Positions 55,979 to 64,000 of a DNA stretch of 64,000 bases are shown one piece after another; position 1 is the first letter of the stretch, and every line of letters starts with the position of its first letter. Location of the stretch: positions 186,001 to 250,000 of the IMG/VR virus record IMGVR_UViG_3300010002_000006. One strand, 5' to 3'. The translations under genes were made by a program, and so were the position numbers. The notes under the pieces were generated by a model. The model made no database searches and was not told where the DNA came from. It saw only the letters and a program-made list of their open reading frames with translations. Source of the stretch: an uncultured virus (IMG/VR IMGVR_UViG_3300010002_000006). Taxonomy: Duplodnaviria; Heunggongvirae; Uroviricota; Caudoviricetes.

Positions 55979-57316
55979 ATGTCAAACCCTTCAAACCTCT
56001 ATAGTTGCTTTGCTGAAATTCATGATCTGATTATCAACGGATCAACATCGCCGCTGGGTGAATTAACAAATAAGACGCGGGCTTACGCCAAAGAGCCAGA
56101 CTTTTATACTCAGCCTGGTTCCTCCGTGGATTTATATTCCTTCCGTGGTATTTCGGCGACCTCTAAATACGAGAAGATTCCCGACGCGTTTATTAAACCC
56201 GTTGTTGATATGATCAGTTGGTTATATTCTCAGGCCACTGGCAACAAGATCACCAATTCCACCCAGGCATGTCTGCAGATGCTTAAAGCCACCTACAGTA
56301 CAAACTGGACGTGGAAGGATGTCGGTGTGATGGTCACCAACAATGCGATCTGGATGCCCTCCAGCATCAGCTTTACTCTTAAAGTGGGTGATGAAACAAG
56401 CGACTTTAAAATTTGGTTTGCTAATGAGTATTTTGCGGTGGAATTTCCGTACCGTGAAATCTACGTCATTCACCCTGTGCCGATTACCAACATCGATGCC
56501 CTGGTGGACCAAAACTTCAAACAGGTGCGTTCCCTGATCCAAGCGGAAACCCCGTCGAAGATTGAAGCGCGTGTTGCTAAACTGCTGGGTGAGGATCATC
56601 CGCCATACAGCGCACGTATGGTGTACAGCTTTGACATTTACGATCTCATCAACGCCCCGAACAAGAATACCGGGGATTGGACAGTGATCTACTATGGTAA
56701 CCCCAACGATGCTGAAGAGGAAACCTACGAGCAGATCAAGCAATGTATCCTTTCTAACTCCAAACACACGGAAGCAGAATGGGCTGACATTATCCCTGAC
56801 CTGTTTAATCCGTTGGAGTTTGCCATTGTACCTTACTGGCATAAAGTAGGGATTCCCAACGAAACTGTGCTGGGTTCTACCCTCAGTCCGATCTTCACGT
56901 ATGAAGACGGTCTTGAACTCCCAGGTAAGTATGCCGCCCTCTGGGATGGCAATGAGATCATAAAATCGTTACAGCAGTTGCCGACCTTGTATAAGTCAGC
57001 GTCGCTGGCGTTTGTGGGTAAACCAACTAACCACAATAACCTCACGCACATCTCTCAAATCTTCCCGGATTACCAGTTGATTCCGTCAACCGATTCGCAG
57101 GCAGGGATGATGACTCGACTGACCTCTACCTTCATTAAAGACCTGGAAGGGATGTTGGCTGCCGGGGAAATTGCGACACCTGATGGGATGCCACCTACAG
57201 GGATTCAACGTGTGATGAAGAACGGCATGCTCTACATTACTCGCCGGACTGCCAATGTGAAGTTGACCATGATCACCCGTTACCAGTTTGTTAAAGATGG
57301 AGTCATCACTGAATGA
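55979..57316 (+). CDS. Virion structural protein (phiKZ gp157-like position)
   Basis: 445 aa; PLGELT, WADIIPDLF..LEFAIVPYW and FPDY motifs. Confidence 0.65.
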   Translation: MSNPSNLYSCFAEIHDLIINGSTSPLGELTNKTRAYAKEPDFYTQPGSSVDLYSFRGISATSKYEKIPDAFIKPVVDMISWLYSQATGNKITNSTQACLQMLKATYSTNWTWKDVGVMVTNNAIWMPSSISFTLKVGDETSDFKIWFANEYFAVEFPYREIYVIHPVPITNIDALVDQNFKQVRSLIQAETPSKIEARVAKLLGEDHPPYSARMVYSFDIYDLINAPNKNTGDWTVIYYGNPNDAEEETYEQIKQCILSNSKHTEAEWADIIPDLFNPLEFAIVPYWHKVGIPNETVLGSTLSPIFTYEDGLELPGKYAALWDGNEIIKSLQQLPTLYKSASLAFVGKPTNHNNLTHISQIFPDYQLIPSTDSQAGMMTRLTSTFIKDLEGMLAAGEIATPDGMPPTGIQRVMKNGMLYITRRTANVKLTMITRYQFVKDGVITE

Positions 57317-57978
57317 GTGCAAACGTTATCGTCGCACCCAACACCCAGGGGATGTTTGAAGCCGAAGCCCCGTTTGATAAGGTTGTAGATTCCAGCGCCT
57401 ATTACACGGTGCAGTCTCTGCGCTCACCGGCTGAGATGTTGGCCAACAAACTGGATCTGTTTAAACTGGTGTGGGAACCAACCGGTGCCACTGAGCTTGA
57501 CTATCAACAACAGTTGGCTGCACTGACTGCTGCGTCCGGAATGTTCATGGTGTTGTCAGCCAAGAACAAACCGCTAGTCTATCTACCAAGTACGTTTGTG
57601 AAGTCCTACCCGTTGGTTGATGGGGTACTCTATGAACACATGTGTGTGATCTTAGATTGCGGTGTGGTACCGGGAACTTTTAAAGATGTGCTGAACTCAG
57701 GGCTCGATCACTGCGTCAACTATCTCAAAGATAACTACGGTATGGAGAACCCCACGGCAACAATTGGGACAATTCAAACCCGTGCGTATGTGTCTAAAGA
57801 GCAAGCGGCTGCCTGGGAGAACACACGCCAACAGCGGATCAAAGGCAATCCTTCTGATCTGGTGCGTGCGAACAAGGCAGAAGCCATGGTCTTGAGTCAG
57901 GCGAAGTACATCGAAGAACTGCAGGAGGCATTAAAGAAAGCAGCTACCGATAAAACAACGCCAACACCTTCGACGTAA
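57313..57978 (+). CDS. Probable virion protein
   Basis: 221 aa coupled (ATGA) to the upstream gene; YLPSTFVKSYP; C-terminal coiled coil. Confidence 0.6.
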   Translation: MSANVIVAPNTQGMFEAEAPFDKVVDSSAYYTVQSLRSPAEMLANKLDLFKLVWEPTGATELDYQQQLAALTAASGMFMVLSAKNKPLVYLPSTFVKSYPLVDGVLYEHMCVILDCGVVPGTFKDVLNSGLDHCVNYLKDNYGMENPTATIGTIQTRAYVSKEQAAAWENTRQQRIKGNPSDLVRANKAEAMVLSQAKYIEELQEALKKAATDKTTPTPST

Positions 57979-57996
57979 CAAAAAAAATAAGATTAC

Positions 57997-58026
57997 CTCT
58001 ACTCTCCCAATTACGGGAGAGTAGAG
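57997..58026. terminator. Bidirectional terminator (CTACTC-stem family)
   Basis: CTCTACTCTCCC-aattac-GGGAGAGTAGAG. Confidence 0.8.
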
Positions 58027-58038
58027 TATCTTTGCTGG

Positions 58039-58644
58039 TTACATTAATGTTTTCGGTGTGAGTTGTTCTAAACAGATATCCCGGAAAATTACTTTGGTCC
58101 CCTTAATTAAATTCCAGGCACCGTGCAGGGAAGTATAAATACAGATTCCCCGTCCCATGTCATACCGTTCATACAACCCACAACTGATTCCACTTAATGC
58201 TTTAAATACGGCTTTGCGTGCTTTATTCTTGAGGCTCAGGATAGTAAAGAAATGTTTGGATAGCATCGCCTTCTTCATGAACATAAGAAAATTAGCAAAA
58301 TCATTTTCACTGGGATTCATCACCCCGATTGCCGTCCATTCTACAAACAACGCCAGTTCAAACGCATTGGTGTTATTTGGAGCGCAGTAATACATATTCA
58401 ATCCGCGCTGATCAGCCGACATAAAGACTGCTGATGATTTAAAGATAAATACTGCTAGGCCTTTGCACCCTCTGGTATCCACGAACGGGGTTTGCTCAGG
58501 CTGTACTGTGTGTGACAGTAGAGTTAATGGTCCGTGTTCCGTTGTTGATAAAACGCTGTAAAAACAATCTTTCTGAATATCCAATAATTGGATAGAGTTA
58601 CTGATGGCGTGGTTAGCCAATAACGTACCTTGATAAGTGTACAT
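58039..58644 (-). CDS. Hypothetical protein
   Basis: Likely start MYTYQG at 58644; AT-rich. Confidence 0.6.
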   Translation of the reverse strand: MYTYQGTLLANHAISNSIQLLDIQKDCFYSVLSTTEHGPLTLLSHTVQPEQTPFVDTRGCKGLAVFIFKSSAVFMSADQRGLNMYYCAPNNTNAFELALFVEWTAIGVMNPSENDFANFLMFMKKAMLSKHFFTILSLKNKARKAVFKALSGISCGLYERYDMGRGICIYTSLHGAWNLIKGTKVIFRDICLEQLTPKTLM

Positions 58645-58672
58645 TAGCTTGATTCCGAGTAAGTTGTTTGTA

Positions 58673-59392
58673 TTAGAGTTGGTTAGCAAACACCCGCTGG
58701 AGACCTTTGACTTTCTTGGTTTCCCGAACGTTCGCTGCCGCTACTACTGACGCTTGGCTGGCCAGACGCGCACGACGTTGATAATCGATCTCTTTGGCTG
58801 TGGTCATGTGACGATCCGCCGCAGTAACAAATGACCGGTCATCTTTATCAATGCTCCAGTAGACCCGTGCACTAATCTGCATGGTGTGGACCCGCTGAAG
58901 ATCAGAGACTTTGTCCTGACTGAAATAGACACCCAGACCCAGACTCGCTTCTTCACCCAGATGGTTATAAAGAGCAGTTGCTGCGCTTTCGCCTTCAATC
59001 ATTCCCAGATGGTAATCGGTTTTGATCTTCGCGATCTTATCCAGGTCGACGACGTCGGAAATATCCACCGCTTTGATAAACCCTTTCTCCCGGTTCTTAC
59101 GCAGACCAAGTTCCGGTACAAAGCCACTGACGTGTAACATTACCGGTGAGCGTTCGATAATAGAGACATCGCCATCCAGGGTGTGTTTGATACGCCAGCC
59201 CAGGCACAGACGAATCTGGATGAATTCCTTGGGATCGTACAGGTGATGCACCTTGTCCGGGATCATCTTGTACAGGTTGCTTTTAAAACGGTTCAGCACT
59301 TCATTCAGCTGATGAATGTAGTCGGCTGGATGCTCAACAGTGTTGCATTGATTCAGGGAAATCTTCAGTGCCCCAATGAGAGTATTGATCAT
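58673..59392 (-). CDS. Hypothetical protein
   Basis: 239 aa, coupled to the upstream gene. Confidence 0.7.
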   Translation of the reverse strand: MINTLIGALKISLNQCNTVEHPADYIHQLNEVLNRFKSNLYKMIPDKVHHLYDPKEFIQIRLCLGWRIKHTLDGDVSIIERSPVMLHVSGFVPELGLRKNREKGFIKAVDISDVVDLDKIAKIKTDYHLGMIEGESAATALYNHLGEEASLGLGVYFSQDKVSDLQRVHTMQISARVYWSIDKDDRSFVTAADRHMTTAKEIDYQRRARLASQASVVAAANVRETKKVKGLQRVFANQL

Positions 59393-59904
59393 AATAGTGA
59401 ATCCTTGACGTTACGTGAAAACAGTGTGTAGTGACTAAGCTTTATGATTTGCTTTTTGTCTTTATAGAGAGACAGGGATTCGCGTGAGATATAGAACGCT
59501 AACCCATTGTCTTCTCCGCCGATATGACCGCGTACAACATCCGGTAATATTGATCGTACTACCATGATTGCCGCATTGCGAGAACGGTTACTGAGACGAT
59601 CAGTATCGAAGCCCAGCAATTTAGCAAACACGATATGAGACAGTTCCCGAATACGGGTCGTTGCTGGCATGTCGTGTAGCTTCACAACCAGCGCTTTGCC
59701 TTTTCGATTTCCTTTGAAGTGAGGAAAAACTATTAGCAACGCATCTGTTTTGTTGTGATATTTAACTAGGGTTATATCTTCAGATAAGGTCACAATAATC
59801 GGACTGGCATCGGGTAATAGATCAACTGGACTCCACCCGCCTGCCTCTGCATTTTCAGGTTCATCCAAGCTGACCGCAGATCCTTGTTTGATATAGAGTT
59901 TCAT
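59389..59904 (-). CDS. Hypothetical protein
   Basis: 171 aa with start/stop overlaps on both sides. Confidence 0.65.
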   Translation of the reverse strand: MKLYIKQGSAVSLDEPENAEAGGWSPVDLLPDASPIIVTLSEDITLVKYHNKTDALLIVFPHFKGNRKGKALVVKLHDMPATTRIRELSHIVFAKLLGFDTDRLSNRSRNAAIMVVRSILPDVVRGHIGGEDNGLAFYISRESLSLYKDKKQIIKLSHYTLFSRNVKDSLL

Positions 59905-60389
59905 TACTTCACCGTGACGTTTACAAAGCTGATTTGATGGTTGCGCAAAGAACAGTTAATGACAAAGTTATCCTGTACCCCAGCAAGGGTAAGGTTCTCA
60001 CGAATAATCTTGGAGACATTGGCAGAGATCGTAGCATCATCCAGCATTGACTCCATCATCACCGCGTCATCCATTAACTCGTTGGTGTTACGGATGGCAT
60101 GCTCGATCAACGCCGTAACCGGTTCGAACTCATACACATCTTCCTCATCAAACAAATCAACCGAGGTACGCGAATGCTGTTCAGGGTTACTGCGACTGAT
60201 AATGTGCATGGTGAGGTTGACGCTGGGTTTAGATTCAGTGTCAGTGAAAACCGTATGAGATAATGAAACGGTAACACCGAATCCCGGACCCGCTTTATCT
60301 TCAGCGTCCATACGCTGCATCATCAGGGCTTCAACGATATCGTTGTAATACTGAAAGTCACTCTCGCCGCTTCTGTGTACACGAAACAT
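59904..60389 (-). CDS. Hypothetical protein
   Basis: Likely start MFRVHRS at 60389 with GAGG RBS. Confidence 0.7.
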   Translation of the reverse strand: MFRVHRSGESDFQYYNDIVEALMMQRMDAEDKAGPGFGVTVSLSHTVFTDTESKPSVNLTMHIISRSNPEQHSRTSVDLFDEEDVYEFEPVTALIEHAIRNTNELMDDAVMMESMLDDATISANVSKIIRENLTLAGVQDNFVINCSLRNHQISFVNVTVK

Positions 60390-60428
60390 GGTTAATCCTC
60401 TAAAGTAATATGTGGGGTATACACTAGA

Positions 60429-60445
60429 ATAATGTCGGCATAAAA
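60429..60445 (-). promoter_or_regulatory. Putative early promoter
   Basis: Minus strand TTTTATGCCGACATTAT, downstream of a terminator and 40 nt before 60389. Confidence 0.5.
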
Positions 60446-60462
60446 AATTATGCACATAACAA

Positions 60463-60493
60463 AAACCTAAGACGGGTTTCCCCGCCTTAGGTT
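60463..60493 (-). terminator. Intrinsic terminator
   Basis: AACCTAAGACGGG-tttc-CCCGCCTTAGGTT with a T tract on the minus strand. Confidence 0.75.
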
Positions 60494-60512
60494 ATGTTGC
60501 TTTTAGATCAAC

Positions 60513-61397
60513 TTACTTCTTTTTGGTATTGCTACCAGAGATTGGCTTGTCGGTGCTTTCGACATTATCAGGAGTCGGGGTAGCGTTGTCGGTCACTGCC
60601 GTATCGCTGCTAGCCTGCTCGTTGAAATCAGCTTCGTTCTGCTGAGCCGTCTCCAGGTTTTCCTGCGCCGTATCGGCAGGGTTTTTCACTGCATCAGCAC
60701 TGTTGCTACCTGTGCCGTCTGACTGACCCGGTTGGGATGGTGATTTGATCTCAGTTTGAGTACTGCCTGGCTGAGCCTGGTCGCCTTCGTTAGAATTGGC
60801 CTGGGCTTGCTTCTGCATCTCTTCAGAGTTCATAACTTCTCCTTGCTGGGTTTGTTTTGGCTTAGCAGTGTAAGCCAGTAAGAACCGACCCGCCACCACA
60901 GGGTGGTCGATGTCGATGTGTCCCACGGCATGATTAGTCTCGTTCGGCGTTCCGTAGAAGGTCGGAACGAAACAATCCGCAGGGAACTCATAACCAGTGA
61001 GTTTGAGTGCTTCAAACGCATTGGTGTTTTCTTCGATGACCAGATACAGTTGTTTGTTGCTGTTCACAAACAGCAGTACCGGGGTCGTTGCCAGGTTCAG
61101 TGCGTCCAGCGAAGCACCGCCCTGTTGTTTCTCAGCGGCCAGACCTGCCAGTGTACCGGTATTGAATACCATACGGTAGGTCCACTTACGGCCTGCACAG
61201 GTCATCACCACGGAATATTTACCGGTGGCATCGTCACGGATAAACGGACCCATCGCGACTTCAGATTCAGAGAGATCCTGATATTTAACGCGCGCAGCAT
61301 TAATCGCTTTTGGATCTTTGGTTTTGTCAGCCGCAGCCAGCTGTGCTTTAGCAATCAGATTGATCAGATACTGATTGATAGTTGGTGTTTTAACCAT
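60513..61397 (-). CDS. Hypothetical protein with a long disordered Q/S/T/D-rich C-terminus
   Basis: 294 aa; last ~115 aa low complexity. Confidence 0.75.
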   Translation of the reverse strand: MVKTPTINQYLINLIAKAQLAAADKTKDPKAINAARVKYQDLSESEVAMGPFIRDDATGKYSVVMTCAGRKWTYRMVFNTGTLAGLAAEKQQGGASLDALNLATTPVLLFVNSNKQLYLVIEENTNAFEALKLTGYEFPADCFVPTFYGTPNETNHAVGHIDIDHPVVAGRFLLAYTAKPKQTQQGEVMNSEEMQKQAQANSNEGDQAQPGSTQTEIKSPSQPGQSDGTGSNSADAVKNPADTAQENLETAQQNEADFNEQASSDTAVTDNATPTPDNVESTDKPISGSNTKKK

Positions 61398-61501
61398 GGT
61401 TATTTTATTTCCATTAAAATGAAAAGAATAAACTTTCTCGGCCGAGAAAATTATCAGTGTTTACATAAAATGCTTAAACGAAAAAAAAAGAGAAGAAATA
61501 A

Positions 61502-61525
61502 AGGTACCTCCGCATGGAGGTACCT
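61502..61525 (-). terminator. Intrinsic terminator
   Basis: AGGTACCTCC-gcat-GGAGGTACCT, then T-rich on the minus strand. Confidence 0.75.
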
Positions 61526-61532
61526 GATTGGC

Positions 61533-62018
61533 TTAATCTTCTTCAACCAGATTGCCAGGGAAATAGTCAGCAGTGATACGACCGCCCAGCATACCTGCGT
61601 ACGCTGTGACACCCGCAGCAGCAGCTGCAACACCGGCAGTTTGTGGAGCAGCTTCCAGGTATGGTTTAGCCAAGACGATGGCTGCACCCGATACCACAGC
61701 AGCAACCGCAGCAGAGGTTTTAGAACCGGTTGGAGAAACCAGTTCCAGACCTACTGCTACTGCTGCACCCAGGCAGGCACCGATCAGGTTCTGGTTGTCT
61801 TTCAGCATGTTGCCTGTTTTCACGTGCATCAGGCGCGCTTCTTTCAGAACCTGTTTGATCAGCTCATCTGCAGAACCTGCTTCAATAACAGCAGCACCGG
61901 AGCGCGCAGCCTGAGCAATGTCCTGCAGCTTATCGCCAGCCTGATCGAGTTCACGATCCAGGATATCCAGATCTTCAGCAGCGGTGTTGGTGTTTGCAGT
62001 TGCGTTTACGTCAGTCAT
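61533..62018 (-). CDS. Ala/Gly-rich putative membrane protein
   Basis: 161 aa; AAGGA RBS; acidic helical N-terminus plus three small-residue hydrophobic segments; own promoter-like motif and terminator. Confidence 0.75.
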   Translation of the reverse strand: MTDVNATANTNTAAEDLDILDRELDQAGDKLQDIAQAARSGAAVIEAGSADELIKQVLKEARLMHVKTGNMLKDNQNLIGACLGAAVAVGLELVSPTGSKTSAAVAAVVSGAAIVLAKPYLEAAPQTAGVAAAAAGVTAYAGMLGGRITADYFPGNLVEED

Positions 62019-62073
62019 GATTTATTCCTTAAAAGTAAAGTGGGGGAGAACATTTATTGTTCTATACACTTTA

Positions 62074-62089
62074 ATGATATAGGTCTGAA
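62074..62089 (-). promoter_or_regulatory. Putative early promoter (variant)
   Basis: Minus strand TTCAGACCTATATCAT. Confidence 0.5.
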
Positions 62090-62107
62090 TCTGAATGTAA
62101 CTGAATA

Positions 62108-62695
62108 CTAACCGCGTACCAACCCTGCTTTAAAGTGCCGGCGACATACCGAGACGTAACTGTCGTTGCCCCCGACTTTGATCTGATCTCCCTCGCGTAC
62201 CACATCCCCGGTTTCATCCAGTCGAAGTACCATATAGGCTTTGCTACCACACCAACAGATCGTTCTGACTTCCACCACCCGATCAGCCACAGCAAACAAC
62301 GCCGCAGTGCCGCTAAACAGGTTACCTTGAAAGTCACTGCACAGTCCGTAACACATCACCGGAATATGAAGTTCGTCGACCACGTTAGTGAGCTGCCAGA
62401 CCTGCTCGCGTGACATAAACTGACATTCATCAATAAAGATGCACTTAGGCATAGTCCCCAGTGTGTCGATCAGCTTCACCACCAACGCATACACATCTTC
62501 CTCTGGTCCAAACAACGTACATGGGGTTTCATTACCTGTACGTGACCGTACCACTGATTCCGCTTCCCGCGTATCAATGGCCGGCTTTAAGACCAGGGTT
62601 TTCATGCCGCGTTCAATATAGTTGTAGTTCGCATTGAGCAGGTTTGCAGATTTTCCAGCATTCATCGTGCTGTAGTGAAAATGTATCGAAGCCAT
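62108..62695 (-). CDS. tdk: Thymidine kinase
   Basis: Start MASIHFHYSTMNAGKS; KPAIDTR, FIDECQF, CYGL.SDF, ICWCG and YVSVCRRHF motifs. Confidence 0.95.
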   Translation of the reverse strand: MASIHFHYSTMNAGKSANLLNANYNYIERGMKTLVLKPAIDTREAESVVRSRTGNETPCTLFGPEEDVYALVVKLIDTLGTMPKCIFIDECQFMSREQVWQLTNVVDELHIPVMCYGLCSDFQGNLFSGTAALFAVADRVVEVRTICWCGSKAYMVLRLDETGDVVREGDQIKVGGNDSYVSVCRRHFKAGLVRG

Positions 62696-62706
62696 AAGGT
62701 ATCCAA

Positions 62707-62985
62707 TTAACGGTATAAGGAATAAAGCAATTGTGCCGGCAGCCCAATCATCAAGATATAGTTTAAAAACCACTTGTCTAAAAGATCGCCTTTAAATTCA
62801 AAAATTATTTCAAACAGTCGTACAACCAACATGCCCAGTGTAAAGTAGGCAAAGATACCGTAATTAATAATGAGTGCAAGTGTAACAATCATTACAACAA
62901 AGATTAACGCATATAAATTCTCTTGAGAGAACAACTTCTTTCTCCCACCGTCCTTTACCGCACATAACCTCTTCATTGACATCAC
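62707..62985 (-). CDS. Small membrane protein
   Basis: 92 aa with two to three hydrophobic segments; GGAGG RBS. Confidence 0.65.
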   Translation of the reverse strand: MMSMKRLCAVKDGGRKKLFSQENLYALIFVVMIVTLALIINYGIFAYFTLGMLVVRLFEIIFEFKGDLLDKWFLNYILMIGLPAQLLYSLYR

Positions 62986-63150
62986 ACACCTCCAGCGGGA
63001 GGATTACTACCGATTATCAGCTGCATGCTGCGCCTCGATAAAAACACCGTTAAACACGTGAATCGAGATCAGGGCTGACTTCCTTTGCATGATTGTTCTC
63101 AGATTCCTTTCTCCCCGGTTTGCTACAAAAAAAAATAATTAAAGAAAGAC

Positions 63151-63178
63151 ACTGACCCAGGGAAATCCCTGAGCCAGT
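63151..63178 (-). terminator. Hairpin terminator after the chaperonin gene
   Basis: CTGACCCAGGG-aaat-CCCTGAGCCAG, then TTATTTTTTTTT on the minus strand. Confidence 0.65.
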
Positions 63179-63192
63179 ACCTGGTTACGTAG

Positions 63193-64000
63193 TTAGTATC
63201 TCCGATTAGAACGACCCATGATATTGTTGGTTTTACCCAGAGTCTTCGCGGTTGCCCACGCGCCCTCAAGTGCAATCATGGTAGCAGCAGCATTATCAAA
63301 TACAGCAGTCGGCTTATCAGAAACATCACCTGTAACCAAATCGATATACTTCCCGAAATCCTCGTCATCGCGTTCGATGTCGGTCAGGTGTGTATATTGA
63401 TAGGTCAACAGTTCGGCAAGATCTTGGCGCAACTGTTCGAGTCCCTCATCAGATTGTTTTGGCTGAGCGAGAATGAACTTAGATGCTTCCATATAGCCGT
63501 AGCCAATGCCAGGCAGCACACCGTATTGCAGACCGGTACGCGCTGCTTTCATTACATCTTCGTAACGATAGTAACGCTCCATGGTATCTGACTCGGTGAC
63601 GCCAGTGACTTTGATGGTCACGTTGTTGGCACGCAGACAGGAGATGCGGGTGAACAGGGCATTACCGATTGGGGTACCACGCTCAACCACTGACAGCTCA
63701 TTATAACGAACATCCAGATCTTCCAGGATCTTGTCTGCTGCTTCTTTTACCGAAGGCTGTTCGCCGTTGATGAAGAGGCCGCGTGCATGGATAATGAAAT
63801 CGGCAGTGTTAGTGCAGACGTCACTGTCCTGAATTGCCCGCAGGTTATAGCAGACCGTACCGCCCAGCAGCGCTGCCTGATCGGCAACCACAGCAGAACC
63901 CAGACGACCAGAGACACCCATGGTGACCGCAATCAGTTTAGGAACACGGGTGGTGAAGTTCGCATTATAGTGCTTGATCACCTGCAGAGCATTCTGATCA
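63193..64000 (-). CDS. groEL: GroEL-like phage chaperonin, C-terminal part; N-terminus lies beyond the window
   Basis: [38 protein letters not shown] parallels GroEL [57 protein letters not shown] parallels ILDPTKVTRSALQYAASVA; frame open to the window edge. Confidence 0.85.
   Translation of the reverse strand, partial: [268 protein letters not shown]

Noticed and set aside
6056..58026. Recurrent palindromes as a CRISPR array or transposon ends
   Set aside because: Single dispersed hairpins at gene ends; no repeat-spacer periodicity and no cas or transposase gene
60903..62111. 402 aa plus-strand ORF
   Set aside because: Antisense to two well-supported minus-strand genes and crosses their terminator; no RBS; atypical composition
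63006..63090. 27 aa minus-strand ORF MQRKSALISIHVFNG...
   Set aside because: Too short with only a weak RBS; cannot be supported from sequence alone
1..64000. Stop-codon reassignment
   Set aside because: Core genes translate full-length in the standard code; coding density is high; TAA, TGA and TAG all end genes

Overview
This 64 kb window is part of a phiKZ-related (Chimalliviridae-type) jumbo phage genome. It most resembles the OBP/EL branch: a GH19 endolysin with two peptidoglycan-binding repeats sits beside the virion RNA polymerase genes, the giant tail protein has a GH19 domain, and there is a GroEL-like chaperonin. All family assignments come from motif recognition and recalled gene order, not from database searches. 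Core genes include tail sheath and tube, prohead protease, three split virion RNAP subunits, a 2417 aa tape-measure/lysozyme protein, a UvsX/RecA-like recombinase, an SF2 helicase, inner-head paralogues, thymidine kinase and the C-terminal part of the chaperonin. Two minus-strand accessory blocks (about 6.1-21 kb and 58-63 kb) are preceded by a recurrent GAYATTAT promoter-like motif and punctuated by hairpins with a conserved stem. The main findings are: (1) five tandem, highly diverged exported proteins whose Cys pairs are all 113-116 aa apart but whose envelope-targeting signals differ; (2) two apparent pseudoenzymes, an RNase H-fold protein lacking all four catalytic acids and a prohead-protease paralogue lacking the catalytic His; (3) two further cryptic paralogue families in the early region; (4) a shared G-x-E maturation motif that predicts which proteins are packaged in the head. 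No tRNA, rRNA, CRISPR array, intron or intein was recognised.
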